Shown here one piece after another: positions 49,241-58,933 of a stretch of 60,729 nt of DNA (within the stretch, counting starts at the first letter, position 1; the number at the start of each line of letters is the position of its first letter). Source of the stretch: a virus (Duplodnaviria; Caudoviricetes). Position numbers and translations under genes: made by a program. The notes beneath the pieces were generated by a model. It had not been told where the DNA came from, searched no databases, and saw nothing but the letters and a program-made list of their open reading frames with translations. The stretch spans positions 1 through 60,729 of IMG/VR virus record IMGVR_UViG_3300036760_000452; one strand, written 5' to 3'.

Positions 49241-51928
49241 CTACCCTCCCGCCGGAGTTGGTGCCGCGGCTGGGGCCGGGGCCGCGGCCGGCGCCGCGGC
49301 GGCTTGCATGCGCTGCTCGGCGAGCATCTTGGCCGCCTCGATCACGGCCCGCATCTGAAGCAGCAGGTCCACCGTCTTCGCGTCCTCCAGGCCTGGCGTC
49401 TCGATGTCGGCTTCTGCTGCGGCCTTCGTGAGCGCCTCGACCGCCTGCAGCGCCGGAAGCATCCTCTTCCAGACCGTGTAGATTCTACGCGGAAGCGACT
49501 TCGGCAGGAAGCCGTCGACCGGCGGCGGCTGCGTGGCTGGCTCCTGCGGTGCGGGCTGGCCTGCGGACTGCATGGCTTCCGCTGTGGCCGTCCACGCCGC
49601 CTTGTCGACCGCTGCAGTCTGCTCGTAGATTTGTGGCCACTGCTCGGGCGGGAAGGCCTCGTAGAGCATCCTCTGCTGCTGGTCCTGCAGGTCCATCGTC
49701 TGCATGACCTGCTGCCAGCCGACTAGGCGCTCGAGGATCTGAGGGAAGCCCACCGACTCCGTGAGCATGGCTGTCTCGTCCTGCATCCACCGCTTCGAGA
49801 GCACCCCGAACCAGATGTCTGGGGCGAAGAGCGACTCGTCGTAGACGACGATCTTCCGGTCCTTCCGGAACTCGCTCCACGCAGACTCGGCGCGCTTGAC
49901 CTGGTTGTTCTGGTCCTCGTTCAGGTCCGAGGGCAGGCGCATGATCTCCATGAGCCTTTCCTTGACGACGGGGTCGCCCACGTTCACGAGCCCGAGCTGC
50001 ATCGCCTCGCCGGCGGCTTCCTTGTTGTAGAGCATGTTGTCGTACCCTGCGCGAGCGTCGATCTTCACGCGGATGCTGCCGAGCAAGTCCTCGCCACGGT
50101 AGCTCTTGAGCTGGTAGACGCTCTCGGCTGCGAGAACCTCGATCTCCCCCTTGTTTCGCTGGAGCGCCCACGTCATGTCGAGGTGCTGCTGCCAGAGCGT
50201 CTCGTACATGCCCGCGAGACCACGCTCGCGCGGGCCGCGCTTTTGCGCCGCCTCCTCGCTCAAGAGCATGAGGCCGGATGTCGTCTTCACCCCGCCACTG
50301 CCGCGGCCCATCTCGATGTCCTGCGCGGAGCCGACCATCTGGGCGTCGGTGAAGCAGTTTGCTCGCTCCTGCGAGTACTCCTGTCCCGAGAGGGGCATGC
50401 CCGGGAACATCCCGTCCCTGGGGTTCCACGTCGGGTCTGGGCCTTCGACGTACACCACCACCATGCTGCCCTGTGACTCTGCCTTCGTGCGGAATTCCGT
50501 CTCGGGTGGGGCGAAGATCGTAGGCTTCCCCCGCTCGCGCAGGTCAACCCACTGCGCGTCGATCTCGTTCAGGCGGCGGTTGATCGGGACGAGGTCGTCG
50601 ACGAACGTGCGGCCGTAGAAGTAGCCGGGCACGCGCTTGAAGCGGGCGAAGGCGTACTTCACGCGCGCGACCTTCCTTGGCCCGTCCTGAGAATCTACCG
50701 AGACCCTGAGCGGCTGCGCAAGGATCTGGTCGTTGACCTGGACGATCCAGCCGCCGTCCTCGAGCCCCTTGATCCCCGGCATGGGGTCGACGACGACCTC
50801 TCGCACGCGTACGTGCCGATCGTAGGTCTCGATCGAAGACGAGTAGTCGTCGCTCTGTCCGGCGCCGGCGAGCTGTCCGAAGACCGGCTCGCTGAACAGT
50901 GGATTGAGGCGTAGCAGCGTCGACGGCTCCTCCGGGAAAATCTTGTCGGCGATGTCGGGGAATCGGCTCGCGACGTTCTCGAGCGTCTCCACCGTCATCT
51001 GATGGTGGATCTGGCACTCGTGCGGCTCGATCCCGATGCCGGTGTTCTGCGGGTAGTACTCGTGCGTCTGGAGTACCTGGATGTTCGGCTGGCCCTTGTT
51101 GGTCGCGACGCCGAGCGAGCGGTTGAAGAGATCGGCCCCGGTTTTCGCCTCCTCCTCCGAAACCATGTAGGGCTCGAGGCGCTGCGGGTCCGTGCACATC
51201 GGGCAGTGCTGCATGCGCACGCGCTCGATCCCGTCCGGATGCATCGCCGACGCCTCTCCCTCCTCCTGGAACGGAGCGAGGCTGTCCTTGTGCATCATCT
51301 CGCGCGGCTCGTTCTGAACTGGCATCGCGAGCGTGGCAAACGACCGCGGTACGACCGGGCTCGAGAAGATGGCCCTGCAGGAAGGACACTGCACCGCGTC
51401 GAGCGCGGCGTTGAAGACGACGTCGTACTGGTTCTCGTGCCAGTAGGAGCGTGCAATCGCGGTGCCCTCGAGCGTCAGGTTCATCGCGATCTGCTCGCGC
51501 TTGTCGCCCCAGAGGACCTTTCCGAGCTCCCACTTCAGAATCTCTCGCGCGAGTTTCGCGGCTTCGATCCAGTCCGGTTCGCTACGGCCAGCTCGCGTGT
51601 CCGGCACGAGCTCCTTCCGCGTGAGACGCGCGACCTCGTTGTCGACGGCCGCTCCAATGATGTTCGTCACCGGCCGCGGGAAGGTGCCCTTGCTGTCCCT
51701 GAAGAGCTCGCGGAAGTGGAAGGTGCCGGCGCCGGGAACGAGCTCGCCTACCGGCTCGATCCACTGCCTCCCGAGGTACATCCAGGTGTTGAGCGCCGCG
51801 CGCTGCGTGTTCCAGCGGCGACGAGGGGACCACGGGTTCAGGTGCCGGGCGATGTAGTCCTTGAGGCTCTGCGGGCTATGGTCGGGGATTGGAAGGCGCT
51901 CGAGCCATTGGCTGTTGAGCTCCTTCAC
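49241..51928 (-). CDS. Portal protein (large, with CxxC..CxxC insertion)
   Basis: Between terminase and head genes; YLGRQW..VTNII..G.AI...W..YGRTFVDDLVPINRRLN..TTSG..LL.E pattern; Q/P/A tail. Confidence 0.8.
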   Translation of the reverse strand: MKELNSQWLERLPIPDHSPQSLKDYIARHLNPWSPRRRWNTQRAALNTWMYLGRQWIEPVGELVPGAGTFHFRELFRDSKGTFPRPVTNIIGAAVDNEVARLTRKELVPDTRAGRSEPDWIEAAKLAREILKWELGKVLWGDKREQIAMNLTLEGTAIARSYWHENQYDVVFNAALDAVQCPSCRAIFSSPVVPRSFATLAMPVQNEPREMMHKDSLAPFQEEGEASAMHPDGIERVRMQHCPMCTDPQRLEPYMVSEEEAKTGADLFNRSLGVATNKGQPNIQVLQTHEYYPQNTGIGIEPHECQIHHQMTVETLENVASRFPDIADKIFPEEPSTLLRLNPLFSEPVFGQLAGAGQSDDYSSSIETYDRHVRVREVVVDPMPGIKGLEDGGWIVQVNDQILAQPLRVSVDSQDGPRKVARVKYAFARFKRVPGYFYGRTFVDDLVPINRRLNEIDAQWVDLRERGKPTIFAPPETEFRTKAESQGSMVVVYVEGPDPTWNPRDGMFPGMPLSGQEYSQERANCFTDAQMVGSAQDIEMGRGSGGVKTTSGLMLLSEEAAQKRGPRERGLAGMYETLWQQHLDMTWALQRNKGEIEVLAAESVYQLKSYRGEDLLGSIRVKIDARAGYDNMLYNKEAAGEAMQLGLVNVGDPVVKERLMEIMRLPSDLNEDQNNQVKRAESAWSEFRKDRKIVVYDESLFAPDIWFGVLSKRWMQDETAMLTESVGFPQILERLVGWQQVMQTMDLQDQQQRMLYEAFPPEQWPQIYEQTAAVDKAAWTATAEAMQSAGQPAPQEPATQPPPVDGFLPKSLPRRIYTVWKRMLPALQAVEALTKAAAEADIETPGLEDAKTVDLLLQMRAVIEAAKMLAEQRMQAAAAPAAAPAPAAAPTPAGG

Positions 51929-52179
51929 GTTACGTCCACCTCTTCACGCGGAGGGAGGGGCTCGTAGCCGGGGAACGTCAGTGGCACCGCACGGGCGGCT
52001 GAGGCATCCTTGCGCGGGAGGGGAGCGCTGTGCGGCTGCGGCGTCTCCACGCGACGGAGCACGCCAGGCTTGCGCTCCTCGGCGATGAGGCTCGTGAGTC
52101 TCTCGTTCTGTGCTCTGAGCCACGCGATCTCCTGCTCGTGAGCGACGCAGCCCGGGCACGGCTTGCTGCCGAACATCAC
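51925..52179 (-). CDS. Hypothetical protein
   Basis: CPGC..EIAWLR; overlaps. Confidence 0.55.
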   Translation of the reverse strand: MMFGSKPCPGCVAHEQEIAWLRAQNERLTSLIAEERKPGVLRRVETPQPHSAPLPRKDASAARAVPLTFPGYEPLPPREEVDVT

Positions 52180-52598
52180 GACTCTCCAGTGGGCGTGAGA
52201 CCGCCCCGACGCATGATCGTTCGAACCTCGTCGCTCAGCTCCAGGAGGTCCTGCTTCGCAGCCTTGCGCGGAACTCCGTGGTACTTCGAGGCGTGGCGGA
52301 TCAGCCTAGCACGAACGTGGCGCGACAGGATGCACTCGCTGATGATCGTTGCGAGCTGGACTTCGGTGAGCCCCTGCGGCGTCTGCTCACCCTGGAATGC
52401 CATCGTGGCCTTGACGCGGTGGGCGAGCTGGATCACGGAACCGGCGTTCATGATCCCGGAGGAGACGATCGTCTCGATCACGTCGGTGTTCCCGGGCCGA
52501 ACGGCGCAGCCGCCGGCCCAGTCCTTCAGGAGCTCAAGCATCGAAATGTGACGGTACGTCTTCCCGGTGGTCGCGTCGTAGAGCTCGGCTCCGAGCAT
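52176..52598 (-). CDS. Hypothetical protein
   Basis: ORF tiling. Confidence 0.6.
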   Translation of the reverse strand: MLGAELYDATTGKTYRHISMLELLKDWAGGCAVRPGNTDVIETIVSSGIMNAGSVIQLAHRVKATMAFQGEQTPQGLTEVQLATIISECILSRHVRARLIRHASKYHGVPRKAAKQDLLELSDEVRTIMRRGGLTPTGES

Positions 52599-52628
52599 CT
52601 CAGGCTCCGGAGAGGGAGGATAGCACCA

Positions 52629-54125
52629 CTACCGCGCTCCTGGCCAGACGTGCTGTGGGCTGACCTTCTCGCGCTCCTTCATCTTCGCCTTGATCTTCTT
52701 GTGCATGAGGCGGCTCTCGAGTTCGAGCTGGCTCTTCGGTGGAACCTCGGCTTGGGCCTCGCGTGCCTCGTAGCTCCACCCGCGCGGCTGCAGGTAGTTG
52801 AGGCCCTGCGTCGTCATGTCGACGTAGTCGTCGTTCGGCGCGAGCGGGAAGTCGCGGAACTCCTGCACGAGCTCCTTCGAGTAGCGCGCGGCGCGCGGGA
52901 GGTAGACGCGCTTGTCCTCGATGAGCCCGGCCACGGAGTTGACCTGCCAGTGGAGCCGCACCGTTTTGCTGCCGTGCGCCGGCATCGGCAGAATGTGCTT
53001 CAGCTCGTGGTGCAGGAGTTGGATGATCGCTGCGCCGTTGGCCGTCTCCTCAATCAGGATCTTCCTGGCCTGGCGCCACCGCGCGTTCATCGCGCGGATC
53101 TCCTTGATCGTAGCGGAGATCCCCATTCTCCGGTGAACGCAGTCGAGCAGGTAGTACTTGTTGCCCTTCCGGCCCCAGGCGCCGCCGCACACGAAGTCGG
53201 CCGTGGCCACGTCCTTGAACGTCGTGTCCCACGTGAGGATCACGTCGTCGAGCTCGTCGGGGACCTCGTCGTACCACTGCCACCACTCGGGGTTGATGGC
53301 GAAGCCCTCGATCGGAGTCGGCCGCTGCTGGATGAGCGCGTTCCCGGCAGCCGTGCCAAGCCGGCGGATCTCTCCAGAGAGAAAGTCCTCGTCGAACTTG
53401 CCCGGCCAGAGCGCCTCTCCGGGCGCGCGGCCCAGAGGATCGTCCTCCTCCGCTAGTCCTGGCAGTCGGAGCACGCGCCATTCGTTCGCGGTTTCGCTCG
53501 CGAGAATCGCGCCCGCCAGATCGTCGGTCGCCCAGCGCGTCATGATGAGCACGCAGATCGTGTCCGGGCTGTCGCGCCGGGTCATGAGCGTGGTGTTGAG
53601 CCACTCGTAGATGGCCTTCTTGATCGTCGGAGAGGCTGCCTCCTCGGCGTTCTTGATCGGGTCGTCGACGATCAGCACGTCCGCGCGGCGGCCCATGATC
53701 GGGCCCCCGACGCCGGCCGTGACCATGCCTCCGTGTTCCTTCGTCTCCCAGCGGTTGCCCGCCCGGCTGTCCTCCATGAGGCTCACGCCGATCGTCGGGA
53801 AGTGCTCCTCCACCGTGCGGCGCGCGTCGGTGCCCCACTTCTTCGCGAAGTCGGCTTCGTAGCTCGTCTCGATGATCCGCGTCGCCGGCTCGAGGGAGAG
53901 GTTCCAGACCGGGAACCAGTGCGAGCAGGTCTCGCTCTTGGCGTGGCCAGGAGGCATGAACACCATCAGGTTTCTTGGCCAGTCCTTCTCGCGCTTCCAG
54001 AGCTGCACAAGTTCGTCGTTGAGTAGCCGGAGGTGGGGAGGGGCGGAGTACGGCTTCGGCGTAGTCGCAGTCAGCGCGACGGCGAGGTGTAGCGGGCCGA
54101 GTAGGTGTTCATGCGCGCTCTGCAT
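52629..54125 (-). CDS. terL: Terminase large subunit
   Basis: MPPGHAKS (Walker A), IVDDPIKN (Walker B), MTRW, QQRP, WDT, NDDYVD nuclease motifs. Confidence 0.95.
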   Translation of the reverse strand: MQSAHEHLLGPLHLAVALTATTPKPYSAPPHLRLLNDELVQLWKREKDWPRNLMVFMPPGHAKSETCSHWFPVWNLSLEPATRIIETSYEADFAKKWGTDARRTVEEHFPTIGVSLMEDSRAGNRWETKEHGGMVTAGVGGPIMGRRADVLIVDDPIKNAEEAASPTIKKAIYEWLNTTLMTRRDSPDTICVLIMTRWATDDLAGAILASETANEWRVLRLPGLAEEDDPLGRAPGEALWPGKFDEDFLSGEIRRLGTAAGNALIQQRPTPIEGFAINPEWWQWYDEVPDELDDVILTWDTTFKDVATADFVCGGAWGRKGNKYYLLDCVHRRMGISATIKEIRAMNARWRQARKILIEETANGAAIIQLLHHELKHILPMPAHGSKTVRLHWQVNSVAGLIEDKRVYLPRAARYSKELVQEFRDFPLAPNDDYVDMTTQGLNYLQPRGWSYEAREAQAEVPPKSQLELESRLMHKKIKAKMKEREKVSPQHVWPGAR

Positions 54126-54549
54126 CTATCGTGACCATATCCCCCTCGTCGTCGCCGGCGACGAGCTGACGCTGTGGCGACGACCTAGGGAGCGTGTGCC
54201 GGAGCCTCAGCCCCTTGAGCGCCTTCAGTGCGGCCTCGCGCACTTCGAGGGTCCGCTTGTCAGCCGCTACGGTGTCTCGGCTCTCGTGCGGCTTGCCGTA
54301 GGCGAAGAGCCACAGCAGGTTCTCGATCGGGCCCGCGTCGCCACTGCGCAGCCGCGCCATGAGGTTCTTCCGGTACGCGGGGTCAGCGATGATCTTGAGC
54401 GCGGTCGCGCGGCCGTCGCGCTTCTCCGCATTCGTCATGCGGTTCTTCGAACCCTTCGGCCGGCCCGCGCCCCTCTTCAGGTTGTCTGGATTCCCGGTCG
54501 CGTTCGGGTTGGTGACGGTGCCCGGTCCCGTCCCGGGATAGACCGACAC
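54109..54549 (-). CDS. terS: Terminase small subunit (putative)
   Basis: GAGRPKGSKN motif; AYGKP; overlaps terL. Confidence 0.65.
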   Translation of the reverse strand: MSVYPGTGPGTVTNPNATGNPDNLKRGAGRPKGSKNRMTNAEKRDGRATALKIIADPAYRKNLMARLRSGDAGPIENLLWLFAYGKPHESRDTVAADKRTLEVREAALKALKGLRLRHTLPRSSPQRQLVAGDDEGDMVTIDAERA

Positions 54550-54552
54550 GAA

Positions 54553-54837
54553 TCAGACCTCGGTCTCGCCCGCGACCTCGCGAACCTGGTAGGTCTGGCC
54601 GTCCATGCCGAACGCCGTGATCGCCTGCCGCCACTTCCCGGGCTCGCAGAGGAACACGATGCGCTCTGACGGCTGCCTGCGCCACGCCGGCTGCCAACCC
54701 GCTTCTCTAATCGCCTTCGAGAGCCCCAGCATGTCGGAGTCCGACAGCAGCTTCGCGCCGTAGGCTTCGGCGTTGTTCGGCAGCTCTCGGACTTCCGCTC
54801 CCCAGCCGTACGTCCGATCGCCGACCTTGACCAGCAT
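54553..54837 (-). CDS. Hypothetical protein
   Basis: AGGAGG RBS; TATACT upstream. Confidence 0.6.
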   Translation of the reverse strand: MLVKVGDRTYGWGAEVRELPNNAEAYGAKLLSDSDMLGLSKAIREAGWQPAWRRQPSERIVFLCEPGKWRQAITAFGMDGQTYQVREVAGETEV

Positions 54838-54863
54838 GGCTCCCCTCCTGCCCGAGTATAGCG

Positions 54864-55208
54864 CTAGAGCCGGATGACGGCCCCGACTTCCTTGCGCGTG
54901 TTGCCTGTGCCGAGGTCGTGCGTCAGCACGCCTACGAACGTGAAGTCAATCTTCCGCCTGAAGAGCGTGCCGACGTCCTTGCGCACCATCACGGCGCCGC
55001 GGATCGAGCCCTTGCTCCCGTCTCCGGGGTCCTGGTACGTCACAACGACCGCAGCGTTTTGGTCGACCTTCAGGTTCGCCGACGCGATGGCCGCGTCGAT
55101 GTTCCTCGCTACCTGGTCGTCTCCGAACTTCCGGATCTCGGAGCCGTCACGGGCGGTGCCGACGACCTTGTAGCTGTAGGGACTAGCGATCTGGGCAGGC
55201 GTGCTCAT
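54864..55208 (-). CDS. Hypothetical protein
   Basis: ATGA overlap. Confidence 0.6.
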   Translation of the reverse strand: MSTPAQIASPYSYKVVGTARDGSEIRKFGDDQVARNIDAAIASANLKVDQNAAVVVTYQDPGDGSKGSIRGAVMVRKDVGTLFRRKIDFTFVGVLTHDLGTGNTRKEVGAVIRL

Positions 55209-55576
55209 CCGTTGAGGCCGTGCTGGTCGAAGGTGCTCTTCGCCTCGCGAAGAGCGATGGCCACGAGGCCAAGTGCGAAGCCCTTCCAGCCGCCGGGGGC
55301 TGCGCTGCCACCGTACGTGCCGAGCCAGCCGAGCAACGACCCCAACAGCGGCGGGATGGCCCACACCGCCATCCTGGGCAGGCCAGGAGCGAAGTGGCGG
55401 ATTGCCTGAGTCATGAACGGAAGGCCGGCGGCGAAGAGGGCGGCGACGAGCGCCTGCGGGTCGAGAAACGAGGCTGCCGCAGGGACGGCGTCTTGGGCCC
55501 AGACGAGAACCGGGCTAAGGACTGCACTGAAAAGCACGAGCGCCAGGAACGCCCAGTTCCGGAGAATGGTCTTCAT
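55205..55576 (-). CDS. Multi-TM membrane protein (holin-like) with signal peptide
   Basis: MKTILRNWAFLALVLFSAVLSPVLVWA-Q then three hydrophobic helices. Confidence 0.6.
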   Translation of the reverse strand: MKTILRNWAFLALVLFSAVLSPVLVWAQDAVPAAASFLDPQALVAALFAAGLPFMTQAIRHFAPGLPRMAVWAIPPLLGSLLGWLGTYGGSAAPGGWKGFALGLVAIALREAKSTFDQHGLNG

Positions 55577-55578
55577 CT

Positions 55579-57294
55579 CTACCTCTCGATCTTCAGCGGT
55601 TGCTGCCCGCCCGCGAGACACAGGTTGTCCCCGTTGCTCGAGGGAGTCGTGCACGTGACGACGCCGGAGCCCGAGCCGATCACGCGAAACTGGAAGACGT
55701 TCTCCGTTGTCACCAGCTCCAGCGCGCTGCCCGGCTGTTGCGTCAGAAGGTACGCCGGCGGCGCCCCACCGCACGCCATGATCTCGCACGCGAGACGTTC
55801 GCTATCGCCCTCTGGCCTGATCGGCTGGCCGTGCGCCTTCGGCGTGCAGTCCCAGAGGCCCTGGCCGGCCTGGTGGAGCTTGCAGACGATCTCGTCGACC
55901 GTTGGAACGTCACCTACACAGATGCTCGGAGTCGGATTCGTTCCTTGGTAGGTCCAGGTGTTTTTCGGGAGCGCAAGCGGATCCTGAGCCCAGCACCCGG
56001 TCGCGAACGAGACCGCGTGGTACTCCTCCCACTTCCCGGCCGGCGTGAGGATCCCGAGAGCATCGGCCCAGGGCCCGCTCGCGCAGTAACCCTGCTTCCG
56101 TAGCTCGGCGGCCAGTAGCCCCAGGGTAGCGAGTGATCCCTGGTGATCCGTCCCGCAGTGCTCACCCACGATCGTCTCCGCAGCAGCTACGACGCCCCGC
56201 ATCGCGCCGCCGCCTGCAACTGGAGGGGTTACCCAGAGCGGGTCCTCGGCTTCGGGAGCGAAGCAGCCGACGGGGATCGCGTCCTCACCCCGGAAGAGCT
56301 TGAGCGTCTGCTCCATCTGCTCGTCCGTCTGCTCCGCACGCCAGTACCAGTAATTGAGCCCGGCGTCGCGGGCCCGCCGGAAGTTGGAGAACTCCTGCTC
56401 CACTGAGAACTGCGGGTTGCGCTCGTTGTTCTCGGTGTGCTTCCCGGAGATCGCCGCCGTCAGCGACTCGCGCGCGTGCGTCGCGCAGTAGTCGAACGGC
56501 CCGTCGCAGAAGTCGGTGTTGTTCGTCCCCACCAAATGGATCACGGGGCCGCATGGGAGCTTCTGCTCTTCGTCGCGGATGACGCTCAGGTTCCACTCGT
56601 ACCACGCGCGCTTCGTGCCACGGATCTCTCCACCCTCGTTGTCGGTCAGCCAGATGACGTTCTGGTAGCAACCCAGCTCGGAGACGACCTTCCTGATGAA
56701 GCGTTCCTGCTCCGGGCTCGCGGAGATCCCGCAGGCGTCGATGTCGCTCTGCGGCCACGGCATCTTCTGGTCTCCCCAGTTCGACGCAGCGTGCTTGCAG
56801 TACCAGGTGTCGATGTCCACCACTTCGACTACTGCCTTCGCCTTGCCTGCGTGTTCGACCAGCTCGACGACCTTCTTCCAGAAGGCCGGATTGAAGTCCG
56901 GGCCGTCCCCGAGGTAGGGTCCACCAACGTCGTCCCACTCGTCTTCATCTTCCACGCCAGCTCTCGCGTAGAAGGGGCCCATTCGGAAATGGAAGAGATC
57001 GGCCTTCGTGTAGTCCATCCACGACTCGCTCGCGAGCGGCCAGCGCGAGTTGCCGACCTGCGGCGGGGCTGGCATGCAGCACTGCACCGCGCCGAACGGC
57101 TCCCAGGCCACGCCCCCGCGGGTTAGATGCGGCGGGCTCGGCTGGCGGACGAGTAGCTCGGGAAAGTAGTTGACAACGGGCGGCGGCGGGGGCGGCTGGG
57201 GTGGGGTGGGCGGCTGGGGTCTCGGATTGCCGCTGCAGGAGGTGACGCCGGCGAGCGCCAGCGCGACGGCTGTGCGGCGAATCATGTCGATCAT
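55579..57294 (-). CDS. Lipoprotein with glycoside-hydrolase-like (clan GH-A) TIM barrel and Cys-rich C-terminus
   Basis: Lipobox AGVTS-C, Pro linker, NPAFW..V..A, NVIWLTDNE acid/base motif, ENNE. Confidence 0.55.
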   Translation of the reverse strand: MIDMIRRTAVALALAGVTSCSGNPRPQPPTPPQPPPPPPVVNYFPELLVRQPSPPHLTRGGVAWEPFGAVQCCMPAPPQVGNSRWPLASESWMDYTKADLFHFRMGPFYARAGVEDEDEWDDVGGPYLGDGPDFNPAFWKKVVELVEHAGKAKAVVEVVDIDTWYCKHAASNWGDQKMPWPQSDIDACGISASPEQERFIRKVVSELGCYQNVIWLTDNEGGEIRGTKRAWYEWNLSVIRDEEQKLPCGPVIHLVGTNNTDFCDGPFDYCATHARESLTAAISGKHTENNERNPQFSVEQEFSNFRRARDAGLNYWYWRAEQTDEQMEQTLKLFRGEDAIPVGCFAPEAEDPLWVTPPVAGGGAMRGVVAAAETIVGEHCGTDHQGSLATLGLLAAELRKQGYCASGPWADALGILTPAGKWEEYHAVSFATGCWAQDPLALPKNTWTYQGTNPTPSICVGDVPTVDEIVCKLHQAGQGLWDCTPKAHGQPIRPEGDSERLACEIMACGGAPPAYLLTQQPGSALELVTTENVFQFRVIGSGSGVVTCTTPSSNGDNLCLAGGQQPLKIER

Positions 57295-57295
57295 G

Positions 57296-58090
57296 CTACC
57301 TCACGTAGGTTACGCCGACGGTCACGCGCTCGCGGTTTGCGCCGGCGTCGCTCGCGTCGGCGCCGGCCGTTCCGACCTTCAGCCCAACTCTGCAGGACGC
57401 GAATCCGCTCTGTGGCGAGAGCTGGTAGATGAAGCGCGAGTTGACTCCGGCGGTCGCGAAGCGGCAGATGTCCGTCGAGAGCGTGCCGAAGCCACATGTC
57501 GCTCCGGGGCCAGGGTAGACCACCGTCGGCGCGGCGCCGAGGAAGTTGCCCTTGCACTGGATCTGCGCGTCGAGACCGACCGTGAGGTCGCCCTGGTCGT
57601 ACTGGACCCAGAAGAGCACGCTCCCATCGGGAGACGGTACGAGCGGGACCCAGCCGTCGTTGACGGTGGTGCCGCTCGAGAACTTCTTCCAGCCGAAGGT
57701 GACCCCGGTCGTTGGCAACGTCCAGACCGTGTCGACGGAGACCTGCACGGAGCTCGTGAAGACGTCGATCACGCGCTCGGGTCGCGTGCCGTCCGCCATG
57801 TTCGCGATGAGCACGTCGCCGACCGCGAGGCCAGCGAACGGCGTCCCGCTCACGGCGGTCGTCACCACGGTTGAGAGGCCGGCAGTCGTGATCGACGCGC
57901 TGCCGAGCATCGGGCCGCCGAAGACGCTGTTGTTGAGCCCGGTGAGCTTCGTGTAGGTCTGGGTCAGCGAGTCGACGTCGAAGGCGAAGGCAAGGTTGCC
58001 TGTCCCCGTGTCGGTCTGCTGTGCCTGCGTGGGAAGCGCGAGAAGCCCGATCACGAGCGCGGCAAGGAGCAGCGCGGAGCGGCGGAGCAT
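57296..58090 (-). CDS. Secreted beta-rich protein
   Basis: MLRRSALLLAALVIGLLALPTQA-Q; T/G/V-rich, F..LAVGD.L motif; AGGAGG RBS. Confidence 0.7.
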   Translation of the reverse strand: MLRRSALLLAALVIGLLALPTQAQQTDTGTGNLAFAFDVDSLTQTYTKLTGLNNSVFGGPMLGSASITTAGLSTVVTTAVSGTPFAGLAVGDVLIANMADGTRPERVIDVFTSSVQVSVDTVWTLPTTGVTFGWKKFSSGTTVNDGWVPLVPSPDGSVLFWVQYDQGDLTVGLDAQIQCKGNFLGAAPTVVYPGPGATCGFGTLSTDICRFATAGVNSRFIYQLSPQSGFASCRVGLKVGTAGADASDAGANRERVTVGVTYVR

Positions 58091-58111
58091 GTACCCTCCT
58101 GGTTCTCTGCG

Positions 58112-58141
58112 AGTTTGCTCCCGTTGGCTCGAGAGTGTCAA
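58112..58141 (-). promoter_or_regulatory. Promoter TTGACA-18-CAAACT with box AGCCAACGGGAGCA
   Basis: Intergenic; box at 58116-58129. Confidence 0.65.
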
Positions 58142-58145
58142 GCCG

Positions 58146-58595
58146 CTAGAGCTTTGCAATCTCGATCCAGACGCGCGGGACACCACGGTGAACGGGGTGC
58201 GTATCGTAGATCCCGTCGGGGTGACGCCCGCCGGCGTACATCTTCACCGTGCGGCCGTCGACGACCTGGCCATCGTCCTTCCAGATGCCAGAATTCGTAA
58301 GCGCGTCCATCACCGCACGCTCAAGTTTGTCGCGGTCCGGCCTCCCGGCCGGGTACTCGACGCTCTTCTTCGCGCTCTTCGGACGCGGCATGAAGAACGT
58401 CAGATTCACGCGCACGGGGCCCTCAATCGGAGACGCCATCCCGCGCGCCTGGATAGCCGCGGCGTACACGAGGTACTTCCACGGCCGCGTCTTCGGGTTG
58501 TCGGACGTGACTACGGGGTGCTGTCGTCCCTTCACGTTGAAGGCTCTCATTGAGCCTTGCGGCGCAGCGACTCCGCAGACTACGAAGGAGATCAT
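58146..58595 (-). CDS. rusA: RusA-like Holliday junction resolvase
   Basis: PQGS..F.MPRPKS..RPDRDKLERAVMDALT..IWKDDGQVV. Confidence 0.9.
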   Translation of the reverse strand: MISFVVCGVAAPQGSMRAFNVKGRQHPVVTSDNPKTRPWKYLVYAAAIQARGMASPIEGPVRVNLTFFMPRPKSAKKSVEYPAGRPDRDKLERAVMDALTNSGIWKDDGQVVDGRTVKMYAGGRHPDGIYDTHPVHRGVPRVWIEIAKL

Positions 58596-58933
58596 ACGAG
58601 CCCCGAGTTCTCTTCAGCTGCCTCCGGCACCTTGCCCGTCTTGCCTGACGCGATGTCGCAGAAGAGGCAACGCTCGCCGACTTCGTGCACGCGCAGGAGC
58701 CGCTGCCGCGTCTCGAAGACCTGCGTCTCTTCGGTGTGCGAGCGGTTCATCGCCTCGTTCCACACGGCCTTCGTATCGTTCGCCGGCAGCGCCGACTCGT
58801 AGCTCATGGCCCAGCCGACGAACGTGAAGCCGTGCGCCACGAGGCGCCTCGGCTCTTGTTGTCCGGCGTCGTTCCAGCACGCCGGATCGGAGCAGGGCGG
58901 GCCGCCGTGATTGCCGTCGCACACCTCATGCAT
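58592..58933 (-). CDS. Cys/His hypothetical protein
   Basis: CDGNH..C.DPACW..CLFC. Confidence 0.5.
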   Translation of the reverse strand: MHEVCDGNHGGPPCSDPACWNDAGQQEPRRLVAHGFTFVGWAMSYESALPANDTKAVWNEAMNRSHTEETQVFETRQRLLRVHEVGERCLFCDIASGKTGKVPEAAEENSGLV

